Source: Raillietiella orientalis
Taxonomy: Eukaryota
Direction of reading: 5' to 3'
Assembly: GCA_036172245.1 (NCBI GenBank)
Contig: JAYWIR010000005.1
Location: 5,952,001-6,016,000, forward strand
Length of the DNA: 64,000 nucleotides
The notes beneath the pieces are model-generated. The model worked only from the letters and a program-made list of their open reading frames with translations, ran no database searches and had not been told where the DNA came from. Every line of letters starts with the position of its first letter. The stretch's first letter is position 1. A program made the translations under genes and the position numbers. This document shows positions 10,987 through 24,300 of this stretch, piece by piece.

Positions 10987-12616
10987 GGTGACCGGTGCGG
11001 AACGCGAAGGGGAGCAGCGCCGAGGTGCTGCTCCTCCCGTGTTGCCATGGCCCCGGCTGCGACAAGGGGGCGTCCGTCCCGTCCCGGAAGGTCGGCGGCG
11101 GTGACGGGATAGACTGCGCAGGGGACGTGGTGCTTGCTGGGGAGGGCGTGGCGTCCCCTTCCTGCCCTCCTCGCCGTCGAGTGCCCCAAGGCGAAGGCGG
11201 GGGCGGGGGAGGTGGAGGGACTCCTTACCCCCCTCCCCTCCTTGCGCCGCCGGTCGGCTGCCGTGTTTGCTCTCAGCAAACACGGCGGCGGGTGCGCCCG
11301 CCCGCGCGTTCGCCGCTGCTGTTGATGCGCGCTTGTCCGTCTGCGGCTCCCCCCGTGACCTGCGCCGCGCACTCCGTGCAAGACGGGGTCGGGAAGAACG
11401 GCGGGAACGAAGGGGGAGGCGACGACGACTCCTTTCCCCCCTCGGATTGCTGCCTTCCTTCCCCGGCCGGGGCTCGCCCGCACCTGCTCCCCGGTCGCCG
11501 GGAATGAGGACATCCGCTTCCGGCGCTGGTTCTTCCCTTCCCCCAAAAGCTACCCTCCTGTCCTCCCGCTCTCGTGCGAGGAGTTCAAGGAGGCTGCCAC
11601 TACTGGGCGCGACGGCCCCGGAAGGTTTCCAAGGAGATCGGAGATAGTCTCCGGCTCCCTGGAAGGGATCTAACTTTCTCCTGTGAAAGGAGTAGCCGTG
11701 CGGGAGGTGGGGGGGGGGGGAGAGCCGCCTGCTTTCCCCATTCGTTGGGCTCCGAGGGCTCTCTCTCGCCTCCCCAAGGTAGCCGGGGCCGTATCACCCA
11801 AGAAGCGGAACGCGGTGCACTCCTTCCCCAGCCTCTCCTCGGAGTCGTCCCTACGCAAGGGTCGTGGGTGCCCTCACCCCATCCTCTTCGGCGGCTCTCA
11901 TGCCCACGCCTCCGCGGACGGAATCCTGGGGGTACTTCCGGGGTCACCTCGGCTTCCGCGCGCCACCGCTGCGTACCCGGACCAAAGGATGCTTTCGGGA
12001 GGCTCGCCGATGGCTACAAAAGCAGCTCCAGCCGCCAACACCTCTCTTTGTCGCGGTCCCTCGGTGGCCTCGACGGAACCTTGGCTTTCTCTGGTGGTCT
12101 GGAGAGCGGAAGGAGGTGCGACGCGTGCCATCGAGGCTACGAAGGTTCCTCCGCAGGGAAAAGCAGTGGCAGTCGTCAGAGGACTCTGGCTGCTTCCTCC
12201 CGCCTCCGGAGAAGGAGGAGGGAACCACACGCGATCCGGGAACTCTTGGCCGGATCCGAGAGGTATGGAATTTGACCACGCCGAGGACTATGAGGGAGCT
12301 CACGGTTTTCTCATAATGTCGCACTTCCCCCGGAAAGCATGCGTTTCGCAGCATCCCGAACCCGCCCCACACGCAAGAGAAGGCGAAATAGTGCTGGTGG
12401 ACTCCCGCAAGCCCCAGTTGCCATGCCGATGGTGCTTCGTGAGTGATATGCAGATGCCCTTCTGCTAGCCATTCGTCTCGTATGGGCAAGGGGAGAGGAG
12501 TCCTCGGGGATTTTTAGGGGGGTTGCTACCGGTCAACTTGGTTGCCTCAAGGGGGCAGGTTTTTGGCCGTCTGTTTCGGCTGGGAACGGCCGCTCTGCTT
12601 CCTCTTCCAGTTGCGA

Positions 12617-12706
12617 TTTCCGTTCCCCATTGTTGCTGACGCTTTTCATTGTTAACGTTGTCCGTTTTCCTTTCCGTTCCCCATTGTTGTTGACGCTTTT
12701 CATTGT
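12617..12706. repeat. Short tandem duplication with 54-bp period
   Basis: TTTCCGTTCCCCATTGTTGYTGACGCTTTTCATTGTT at 12617 and at 12671. Confidence 0.9.
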
Positions 12707-15700
12707 TGCTGCGGTTTGTGAGAAGGAAAGAACCCTCGCCACTTGCGGGAAGGTTCGCAGCGGCCGGGCCGCACGAGGACACCACGCACAGCCGACCACA
12801 GGATAGTGGAGCGCTCGGCAAGTTTTAATGGAAGCGGACTCTTAGAGGGATGGCCGCGTGGTTCTCTCGGTTGGCAGCGGCGGTCACTCTCTCCAAAGCG
12901 AGCGGTCAGCGGAGGCTGGGAGCGACCCAATTAGCGGCCATAAAAAAAAAAAAAAAAAAAAATGACTTCGCCATTAATGAAAAGTTTTGATTGATGGATT
13001 CTCCCTCCCCCAGTCGATGGAAGGAGAAAAATCCTGTCAGGCGCGTCATCCCTCTTGTCACTTCGCCTCCTCGTTTCTCCGAACGGGGCTTCTCCCTCCC
13101 CCTCGTCCCCGTTTCCTCTTCTTGCTCCCTCTCGCGACCATCATTAGGCGATGCGCCAGACAATCGCCAGGACCGTTGAATGCCACGGAGAACCCGCGCG
13201 GGATTGGCGGGGCGAGTCGGCCGAAAACGGGAAGGCGCAAGCCCGTTTTCCCTCAGGGAGTTCGCGGGAGGGAATCCAGGCTGCCGCTGCCTCGCCGGCC
13301 TGGGGATCGCAAGAGGGGGGAATGGGTAGGGGAAGCAACGAAACGAAATAGGATCTCCATCCCTTTTCCCTCTTTCTCCCCTGCTCACTGAGGTCGCCTG
13401 ATCCCGAAAACCGAGCAAAGGAGGGAGGTGGAGAGAAGCCTCGTTCTGGTGAGCAGCGCACTCCACTCCCTCGGGAGCAGCAGCCAAGAGCCGGCGACCT
13501 CGGAGGCGGTCAAGTTGAAGAGCTCTCCCCCAAGAGAGCCATCCTGGAGCTCCTCCTATGCTTCTCCCCCTCCCATCCCGCCCTTTCTCTCTTCAGACGA
13601 AGACCTCCTCGAATTGTTCCCTCTTCGATTCCCTTCCATAGCGCCAGCTTCGCGGGACTGCGGGAGGTGCGGGGGGGGGGGATTCGAACGCCCTCGCGCG
13701 CTGCCAAAGGAATGCGAGAGGCTGCTCGGAGGGTTCGGACGAAGGGAAGGGAGAGCAGGAGAGGGGGAAGGGGAGACGAGGAAGGGAGTTCGCGTCCCTG
13801 AGGGAGGAGCGGAAGCGCGCATTTACTGGACGCGCCCGGTTGCGTCACGTTAGAGCGGGCCAATCGCCTCCGCCTGCACGCACGGCTGGGCGGTGGAGAC
13901 GGTCGTAGGAAACAGCTCCGCTGCCTCCGCCGCCGCAGCAGCAGCAGCAGCTGCGGAGCCCCTTCCTCGCTGCAGCAGCTGGAAAGTTCCATAGGAGGAG
14001 GGGGAGGGGGAGGGGGTCGGAAGGCGCGCGAAGAACAACAGGAGGGGAGCGAAGAAGGAATTTTCCTTCTTCGCTCTTGCGAGAGCCAATGGACGCGCGA
14101 CGGGCGGAAGACGGAGAGGGGAAGGAGGAGCGGGCGGCATTCTACCAGGAAGAGCGAGGAGGCGGGGTAAGAGAGGGGGTGGGGGAGAAGAGAAGGGGAG
14201 AGGTGCGGGAAGCGGAAGAGGAGCGTGACGTGTGCACGCAGAGAATCCGTGAAGCGGAAACCCTCCCGAAGTGCCTCACGCTGGGTGGACCGCACGGTGG
14301 CCGGGCTGCACTGGAGAGGCTGCGGGGGCGGGAGCGGCAGGGACACAGGTGGAAGACGCTGCTTCCGCCGCCTCTCCGTGAGGGACGAGCAGGAGCATCG
14401 TCTCCTTCCGCCCCCATATCCCCGCTAGACCCCCGAGAATTCTTCGGGGAACGGCGCGCGGTTTCCGCCGAAGTTAATCTCCTCCTCCTCCTCCTCGACG
14501 ACGCCCCCCTCCCCTGCGGCTTCCCGGGAACGCGAGGGTTCGTTTGTTTGCTCTCCGGCGTCTCCTTCAACAGCGGCCGCTCCCTTCCAGCTCCGGGCGC
14601 CCGGAATGCCACCGCGGACCGCTGCCCGGCGCGGACCGCTCCGCGCCGCAGGGCGGAGAGGCGCGCGCGAGACCCACGCGCCCCGGGAGCCGGCCGGGAC
14701 CTCCGGCGGGTGGCCGCCTCCCGCGCACGGAAAACGCTTGTGGAGGAGCTCCTTGCGAGACCCTCCCAGGACACGAGGGGCTGACAAAGCCTTGCCGGAG
14801 CGCCCGCGTGGCAGTCCGGACCGTTATCCCCTCTCGCCAACGAGGAGGGGCGAGGAGGCGGGTGGCCTCAGCGGGCACCCGGGAGACCCGCCTGCATCGA
14901 CGGCGGTCCAGAGTAGTGAGCCTCCGGACCTTCCGGAGCGGAGGGCGCCGCCAAGCGGGCGTGTCCGAGAAGCTGCCCGCTACTGCGAGGTCCCCAACGC
15001 AAGCAGGGCCGACGCAAGGGGAGACTCCACGCGGCATCCCCTCTAGCGGTGCCGGCGGAGAGCAGCACGCGCGGAAAAGTGGTTCCTTCGCCCTCCCGCC
15101 GCTCCTTTCCTCGCCGTTCCTTTCCAGGAGGATTGGGGACCTCTTTGGCCCCCATCCGGCGCCACCACGGGACGGCTGGTCAGCGGGCCCGTCAGAGCCG
15201 ATGCGCAGGCGCCGCTTTGCTCGCGGGGGGGGGGGGGGGGGACGATCGCGCGAATGCAAGGTCATGAGTGGGCACCTGTCACTACCCGCGGTGCTCAGCC
15301 GCGGGAAGGGGCGGCTTCCGTAGGAAGGATGGGGGTTCGCTTCTTCGGGTGAACGCGCGCGAGAATCCGGAGAATCCCCCACCCACCCCACCCCCGCACA
15401 CGCGCGCGTGTGCGCCGGGATCGCCTCCGGAGAGGACAGACGGTCCCGCCACCTAACGGTGTGGGCCGAGTCCCCCTCCCCTTCCCCCCTCCCCACTTCC
15501 CTTCCTCGGAAAGCGCGTGCCTCTTTGGCAGGGCGCGGCCGCAGCTGCCGGCGTGCTCCTCCTCCTCCGCGACGCGCGCGCGCGGCGTGCGCTGCGTGCC
15601 TCTGCATGCCTCGAGCTCCGAACGCGCGCGGGGGAAGCCGCCGGGTCACGCCCCGGAGGATGTGCTGCGTCACCCTCATCTGGAGCGGACGCGGAACGCG

Positions 15701-18700
15701 CAACTCCGCGCGGGCGGGAGGCGGGGGCCGTCAGGAGGCCCCGCGCCCCCTGCCCTGCTCTCCCTCTGCTGTTCCTTTTCCCAGGGAAGCCGCAACGCAG
15801 CGCGCTCGACGCCTCCTGGACCTGATCCCCCGGGCCGCCTCCCTCCGCGCCCTGCCGGACGGCTTCCGGGTGCCCCTAGTGACCGCAGGCGACCCAGCAG
15901 GACCGACTGCGGTAGGCGCCGAAGAGCCGCCTCCGCGTCCCCTTCTTCCTCCCCCAGAGGAGGAAAGGAGAGGATCCCTCAACGAGAGAGTTCCTTCCCC
16001 CCCCCCCTCTTCCTCCTTTCGCTTCCCGGGGGCACGGAGCAAAAAGAACCCTGCCACTCCCTGTCGATCGCCGGCGGGCAACACGCAGTTCTGCCGAGCA
16101 CCGTCTTCGTCCGCTGCCATCCCCCGGGAGGGGATCCGGGAAGCCGGGAGCAAAGTTGGTCAGCAGCCCCTTTCTCCCAGAGGCGGAGAGGCTAGCCCGC
16201 CTGCAGCGGCGGCGCCGCCTCCCGGCGAAAAGGAGCGACAAAGGGGGGAGCTCGGCATCTCGCTCTCCTTCCCGCCCTTGGCGCCGTCCTCAACCCCGCA
16301 TCCTCGCAGTCCACAGAGCCCTCGCCCTTGGAACCCTCCCCCGAGTCTCCCTCAGTCTCAGCCTCGCTCTGGTGTTCCTCTCCCCTCTCCCCCGCCCACC
16401 CCTCTTACGCCGTTGTCATGGCCGCTGCGCCTCCCTCGTTCCTCGCGGTGGAGGGAAGGGGCGGCGCGCCCCGGTCTCGGGTGCGCCCATCTCTGCGGTC
16501 TTCACCACGTGATCCCACTGCCATCGCCTCCGCGCTCACGTCGTGCCTCCTTCTTTCCCCTTTCTCCCTTCCTCCTCCGTAGACGGACAGGAGAACCTTT
16601 GGTCCCTTCCGGGGCCCCTCTCGCCTTGCGCCTCCTCCCCCTCCGTCTCTCAGTCTCCCTCTTCCCCGTCCCCCCTCCGTGATCGAGGAAGGGAAGGAGG
16701 GGAGGGCAGGCGGCGCGTCCGCCTGAGTCAAAAGTCAAGACCTCCCCCGAATGGGGGTTGTGGCTCGCGGCGGTCCTCAAAGAGGGGGAGGAGGGTTATC
16801 TTGCTTGGAGGGCGGCGGTTGCTGAGGAGAGGGAGGAGGAAGATGCACGGAGAGTCGCACTGCCTTCCCCCCCCCTTCCCTCTCTCCTTCCTCCGCGTCT
16901 CTCCTCCCATCATGGAAAGAGCAAGGGGAAAAGAGGGCCGAGGAAGGGGACGGTCCCGAGGATGCGCTCCGACGCAGCTTCCGATCCCCGCCGAGCGAGC
17001 CAGCGCGCGCGCGGGGACGCCCGCAGCCGCCCCCTTGTTGACAGAGCCTGCCCGCCGCAAAATGTTTGCTCCGTGGGCTTCCTCCTCCCCCCTCTCGCTC
17101 TCCTCCCTCTCCTCCAGTTCACCTCCGCTCCCCCTCCCTCCTTCTAGACCCACTCGAGATTGGATACTTCGGATGCCATCCCCAGCATTTCGGCACCGCG
17201 TCGACGGTGCCGCCCTACCAGGATCAACCGCATGGGAACAGCCTGAACGGGCGCGGACGCAGCTTTGCTCGGCAGCAAGGGTCTCGAGAGAAGGAGGGGG
17301 GAGGGATGTGGGAGGATCTCTTCTTCCTCTGAGGAGGGGGCCGAGGGGAAGCGGAAGCGCGGTCTGGTGGAGCGGCTCCTCCGTCTCTGCTGCGTGGGCA
17401 AGGCAAGGGAAAGGAGTAGGGGTCGGTTCATCTCCCTCTGCCGGTCCTCCTTCCCACCCATTGGATCCCGGAAGAGTGCTGGCTCCTCACCAGGGTAGTG
17501 AGCGGGCGACCCGGTCCGGAGCTCCGATGAAGACGCCCGCGCGCGTCGAGGATAGGTGACCCCGCCTCCCCTTCCCCTTCCTTCCTGACTGTCCCTCCTG
17601 GCTGGAAAGGGCGAGTCACGACCTGTGGACCACCGTGCCCTCTGAGCCGATGTCCGCCACGAGCTGCCGTTTCCCCGCTCCTCGCCTCGCGCTACGTCGA
17701 TGGAAGGCTCGCGCCCTCGGGACTCGTCTGCTTGTTGCCACGGCGGCCAGCGGCCGCCGTCGGGCGTCGCTTGCAATGGCGGCCGCGTCCTTCCCTCTAC
17801 GGCGACTCTTCCGGACGCCCGGGGGATGGCACCGCGGCTCCAAGAATTCCTCCGGAAAACGCATCCGTCTGGTTTGCTTTCCGGGAACGCGGTCCTTTGC
17901 TATGGAGCTCCAGTCCCGTCGACGCGAGATCAAGAGGAGACTGGGAGTCGCGCGAACCGGCCTCTCCGCCAGCCCAGGAGGTCCACGGCGACCGCGTCCG
18001 AGGAGGGTGTGCAGGAAGCAAGGGGTCGCATCCGCTTCCTGCTCAGCCTCACAGGCGCCGCGAGCGTCCTCGCGAGGTCCGTTGCAAGGGATCTCGTTCC
18101 CAGGGACCAGTGGATGTCTCTCACGGAAGAACAACGGAAATGGAAAGCGCAAGCGACCGAGACATCAGGAGAGGCCCCAGTGCGTGCTCCCTAAGCGTGC
18201 TGAGTTCCTCTCTCCGAGGAAGGTGGAATTCCGGGAGGAGAAGGCGTTGGGTTGGCAACCGCCGTCTTGCGCCGATCGACCAGACCCCAAAGGACAGGTG
18301 GGAGGAGTGATGATGAGCTGCGCGTGCGAGGGAGGCTGCCGGATCTCTCGAGAGTTCCTCCAAAAATGCCCGCCCCTTCCCCTAAAGTCCTCCGTGAGAC
18401 CTCTCAGGACGGGGGGAGGCGGGGTCACCGAAAGAGAGACTTTCCGAGCACTCCGACGCTCCCTATCTCCCCTCCCGGACTCAGAGAAACCTCCAAGGAT
18501 CCCTGTTTTGCGAGGGGACGGGCGAGGAAAGACTGCGGGCTCACCGAGTTTCGCCTTCTCGGACGGGATGGCGCACCGAGTCAGCGGACCAGACGGAAAG
18601 AATTCCGGGGAGGCAAGGAAACGAGCGTGGATTCCGACAACGCGGGTCGCCTTCCGTGCCCGACCTTTCCTCCCCTGGTACGGGCGGGGGGTTTACTCCC

Positions 18701-21245
18701 GTCATCCCACTGGCGTAGTCAAGGAATGAATGACCTGTCACCATCGTTGGCGCTTCGCTTCCTCCGCGAGTCCCCCAGGAGTGGATCTCTGTGCTTCGGG
18801 ATCTGCCTTGATCGACCTCGAGGTTCCCTCCGGACGGAAGCTCCTGCATTCGCTGTTTCCATGGAGATTGTCCCCACCCTTCCCTACGGAGTCTTTTTGG
18901 AAACCATCCAGGAGAGCGCCGAGTACAAAAGGGGTAGAGTGAGGGGGGAAGGGAACAGGGATTTCGGGATCGAGGGTCAGCCGTGATGCCCGAGCTGGAG
19001 GATTCGTTCCTGGTCCGGAAACTGCGGGACGCCAAGAAAGAGCGAGGAAGAGCGAAGCACAGGGCAGGAGCGACATGCAAGCAAGGTCGATGCGGAGCGA
19101 GCGTTGCCAGGAAACGTGCTGCCTTGACAGGCCACCCGCTCTCCTTCCGTAGCCAGATGGCGGAGCTCGCCATCCGGCTACGGAATGGGCTGCGATCGAT
19201 GGACCCGATCGCACGACGACTGTCCCGGGAAAAGGGAAAGGCGCGGGGCAGCGGCATAGGTCTCAGGAAGCTCGAGAAGCGGACCTTACCCAAGGGAGGG
19301 CAGGGGCTACCGACCTCCATCACATGCCATAACTGCGAATCTCTATCTCCTCATCTCTCTCGCCTTTCTCCCGACTTCCAGGATCCAGGACATTTCTTGG
19401 GAGACGTGGAGGCAGCAGCCCCTCCAGAGAGTTGCAGTCCGATCCGTTTCCGCGTCACACCCCCGTCCGTCTTGAAAAATGAACCTCCGTCCCTTCAAAA
19501 GGAGGGATGCTGGAAGATCTGGACCGGAGAAGGTGATGAATGGGCTCTGAGCAGAAGAGGACGAGGGAAGAGTAGGGGAGAAAAGGAAGGGAGTCCGGAG
19601 CTATTCGCGCCTTTCCAACCGTCCGACTCGACGGTCTGCGAGCCCTTCTTGTCTACGGAGGTCAGGCTCGGACGGCCTGCTGGTCCTCCCCCGTTACCAC
19701 AAGAGGGACTCTCCGAGGTTCTCCCCGTCTGGGAGGGGAGATGGAGAGAACTAGGAAGCTCGGGGAGCTGTTTTTTTGGTTGCTCGTAACGACGCTCTTT
19801 CCTCTTTTCCCGTGAGACCCCCCGAAGGTCCCTGCGCGTCTCCTGGGACGCTTTGCAGAAATTCTCCGGCATTTTCGGGCGGACCAGGCAGCGACTCCCA
19901 ACGGTCCCTGCGATATCTTGTCTTCGAGTCTGGCGGATGCGGCCGTGCCCACGAGCTCTATCCAAAGACCCCACCCGCGGCCCGCGAGTCAGTATGCTTC
20001 CTGCACACCTCAAGACGAAGACTGGAGCTTCCTGGTCTCGACTGGGAGGGCGTGATGGCCTGTCCGAGACGCCGCGGCGCACCCCGCAGGCGCGGAAAGC
20101 ATCGACGGATGGCACAGGTGGAGCCCTTTGCGCACCGACAGATTGCAGAGTTGATGGGGGAATGAAATGGGGACAGCGGCAAGAGCTGCATGAAGCTGTA
20201 CTTCTTGGAAACGGGATGGCCATCCCCGATTCCTTCCCTCCTCCTTCCTGACGGGTATGTCCCTCCACGACCTGCTTCGCTTGCTCTGCGTTGCCCTGCC
20301 ACCACCCATCTGCACGTTCCGCTCCAGCTGCACGTTCGTCTCGGTAGCGGAGCGTCCCAACAGAGCTCAGAATCCTTTCCTTCCCTTCCCCCGTCCCCTT
20401 CTTTCGCTGGCTGCGACCCAGGCTACACCGACCTGGCCGGAAGATGCTCGAGGCAAGAGGGAGGGCGCGCGCGCCACCCCGTGCCGTCCGCAGTCCACGG
20501 GGGTAGGTGCGGGTGGGCCAGCAGCTCACCTTGTGATGGAAGTATCCGACCCGCCCGTCCCCACGCGGACGGTGCAAGCAGCTGGAGAATCAGAAATGCT
20601 GCAAGCAGCGGGAGGGGGTCCGGCCGCGAGCGATCCACGCCGACGAGGGCACTCACTGAGTCCGCTCCCGCGGTGGTGGAGGATGGCGCGCTCAGGGAAG
20701 CCGATTTCCGAGAGTAAAGAGTAGGGAGGAGCGGTGGATGGAGAGGAATGAGCGTCCTCCTCTAGACCCTCCCGCTTGCGCCTCCATGCCGGGGACCCTT
20801 CCCCCTCAGGCACGCGCGTCCGTTTTCCCCGACTCCTCGAAGTGCCTCCTTTGAATCGCGCGAGACCCGCATGGCTCTCGCTTTCTTTGATATCCGGAAA
20901 GTCGCCTTGAAGTCACGGGGGCTATTCATGGCCAGCATCCGATTCTCCCCTCGCCCGCCCTCCTTCTCTCGACGCCACTCTTTGTTGGTGCGCGCGTCCC
21001 TGGAGACGACTCTTCCAAAAGCATACTCTTTTGCCCGAAAATCGCTCCATACCTAGTAACCCGAAAACTCCCCGTGACCCAACAAAGCAGACTGTTTCCA
21101 GCACTCTTCCCACCGTCAACACCCACAGACCCAGCTACTATAGAATGCTTCTTTCCTTCTCTCCCTAGAATTCCCTCGCTGTGTACTTCGTTCTGCGTTT
21201 ATGGCTGCACAAAGATCTGGAATCCCGTCGTGCAAGCAATCCGAG

Positions 21246-21396
21246 CATTGTTGCGTCGTGCGCCGGCGGCCCAGCCATTGTTGCGCACGCGGTGTCGTTC
21301 GCAAGATGCAAGAGGATCGCTCGCCGGCGGCCCAGCCATTGTTGCGCACGCGGCGTTGTTCGCAAAATGCAAGAGCGACGCCATGATTGCGCGCAC
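21246..21396. repeat. Tandem duplication with 61-bp period (2 copies plus partial flanks)
   Basis: CGCCGGCGGCCCAGCCATTGTTGCGCACGCGG..TTCGCAARATGCAAGAG starts at 21261 and again at 21322. Confidence 0.9.
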
Positions 21397-24300
21397 ACTG
21401 TTGATTCTTCAAGTTACGAAGGAAACCATCCGGAAAAGGCCGAATACAATAAAACGGAGGCTGGAGAGACCGGATCGGACGAGCGTGAGATTCAAGGAGC
21501 TGGTCAGGAGACGCATGTAAAACTGCTTCGAAGGACTCAACGTGGAGTCCCTCGGGTCAATGGAAACGGAAAGGCGGGACCAGCAGAATGCTGACACTGC
21601 GGGAAGGAAGGTTCGTATCGATCCTCTCCTCCTTTCTGCCGCTAGCTTTCCTGTCGGCCCATCTGAAGATCCTGGCTCGGGGTCAAGCTCTCCCTGAAAG
21701 GGAAGCCAGGAATATTCCGGATTTCCAAGCGAAGCTGGCGCTCTTCCTATCCAAGGGAGAAATGCGAGAGGCCACCCAGGGCTTTCCGGCAGCTGAGAGC
21801 ACCGAACGCGACCGCCGATCAGAGGCTTCGCGTTCAGCAGCGCGGCTGCGAGCCACCGAGAATCGGCAGGCGGCCTGGTGGGCAGCGCCGCCGCCGCCGC
21901 CGCTGGCGGAACGCTCAGCATCCAGGTTCTCTGAGTCCCAACGCGGGACTCGGGTCGTAAATCATAAGAGCTGCGTTGTCTCTTCAGAGACGCCGGAGCT
22001 TCGGCGGAGCGGAGGAAAAAACAAAAGCGTTCCCTTCGGGTTTTTTCGCCGTCCCTCCATGTCACTCTGCGCCTCCGCTCCGGGCGACATGCCCTCCCCG
22101 CATGATGGGTCTATTAGTTCCGAAACGAGTTCTTCACACTTAGGTCCGAGAGACGTGTCAGCTTGACGGCATCTCAGGACCGTGATCTCCGGTCATCCCG
22201 GATCGGCGGGACCCTCGAGCACTGCTCGAGAGGGACGGAGTTTTTCCGAGAAACCTCCGGCCCCTCGGGACGACAAGTGCGTCGCTCTACGGGTGGGGCA
22301 GGCCCGTGGCTGCTCCTCGGGGAACCGCTGTCTGAAAAGCCTGGAGCTTCGTGCGGGAGCCTCCTTGAAGTGAGTCCCGCGCGGACCGGCCGTCTCAGTT
22401 TTTCTCCTCCTTCCCTCCCGGAAGTTTCGACACGGTTTCCGGAAGCCCTCCTTACTGAGGGTTCACACACTCCGGGTGGTACAGAGCCTCCGACTTGGGG
22501 GGGGGGGGGGAGGAAAGGAGAGGAAAACCCGCTCGCGACCCCCAAGAGTCTACAGTGCTCGCGTTGGGCAGGGATGGGAAGAAGGCGGGGAGGAATGAAA
22601 GCTGTTGCTGCAGCCGCTCCGGGAGTTCGGAGCCTTGAGGTGCTCGCGGGGTCGCAAGATCGGCGATCTCTGGTCTTCCGCAACGCAATGCCTTCGACGG
22701 CGGAGCGGAGCTGTGCGCGCCTGCTCATCCCCGCCTCCCTTTCTGACGCGCATCAGCACCGGACGTGCTGTCGGCCCACGGGACTCTCCCTCCCCTCTCG
22801 AGGCTGAGAGACGCCTCTCGTCCTCCGATGCCCTCGGGTGACCCGCGGCGCTCGCATTTCTTTTGGCTCGAAACTCCGCTCTTCCGGTCCACCACTGTCG
22901 CTGCCCGTCGGCGTTTCTTGCGCCCGAGGGTTTCCGGATCCCTCGGAGAGGCGCGCTTATTGGCGCGTCCTCTCCTTGCCCACCGGAACCGCGGAGAGGG
23001 AGCGCGTTCCGCGCGTGCCTTTCGGCGAGACCGAACGCGCCCGCCGCGGAACCTCCGCCGCGCCAAAGCCCCGTGCTGACGCAACCCACGTGCGCTCTCC
23101 GCTCCCTGGCCGCTGCTGAGCTGGGAGGGGGGGGGGAAGAGTGCAGGCAGTGGCGGCTCTCACATTTGCCTCTGCCGGCGGGAGCGCCTCCGTCGCGCGC
23201 GTCGGTGGGCGGAGGACGCGCGCGCGCCAGCGAGATCGTGACGCCGTTCACGAGCCTCCGGAGTTTCCTCCTGAGAAGGGTCGAGAGACGCAGGCGTCCC
23301 GCGGCGGGGGCGGTCGTCCCCCTCGAGGCGCGCGGAGGACTCGGGAGGGTCTGCGGGCGCTCGGCCCTGCAGCGAACCGTGGCTCTGCAGCTCGCAAGCC
23401 CGCCTCCGCCAGCAGGGAAACCGTGTCGTGGGCGCTGTCCGTTCCGCAGACCTCCCCCCCATTTCGCCGCGCGGGTCGCGACGTCGAAAGAGCTGTAGCC
23501 TCTCCTTCTGCTGACGACGCGGGAATCGTCCGCGACGCTGCCGTGGAGTGAAAATTCCTTCCTGGAGGCGCATCAGGCAGAAAGGGGAACAGAGCGTCAC
23601 CGGTCGTCGGATGAATTGAAGGGATGAAGGAAGAGGACGGAGAAACCGTCAGCTGCAGATGAAAGGGAGGAGAAGAAATATTCCGCGCTCACCACTTCCG
23701 GAGAAGAACAAGTCCTCATCCTCTGCAGCCTTTCACATGCATCTTTTTCTCGCGATCTCTGGATACTCTCGTTGGCTAGGCTCGCCCAGGGTCTTCCGGA
23801 GGAATCAGAGGATCGGTTTCTGCGCGATCGTTGGAATCCACGCCCTGAGGCTATTCTCGAGTGCACTCTTTCGGTGAGCCGATGAAGGCTGATCGGGAAG
23901 ACGTCCAGGCGCCTCCCTCTCGCCGGAAGCAGCCCGTGCATTCCCTCGCAGAGAGCGGTGGAGGGAACGAGACCTCCACATGCATGGCTGGGGAAGGCCA
24001 CCTGACCTCAATCCACCTCTGTCCACCCGACCGCGAGTCTCCATGCTGCGCTGCGCCCCGCCGCCCCGTTCCACGAGCAGCCACAGTCGGGCACGCGAAG
24101 GACGATGGCTGCTTCTCGCACCTCCGCAGGAAATCCGCTTGGGGGCGACCTTGATGGCCAATCAGGAGCGGGTCGTCGCGCCGCAAGAAAAGAAAAGCAC
24201 ACAAAGCAGCGCGGCGAAACCCCGACCGGGGCGCTGCTGAGGCGTGGATCGGGAATCTGGGGTCCGCGCCAGGAATTTCGAGAGCAGCCAACGCCGGCGG

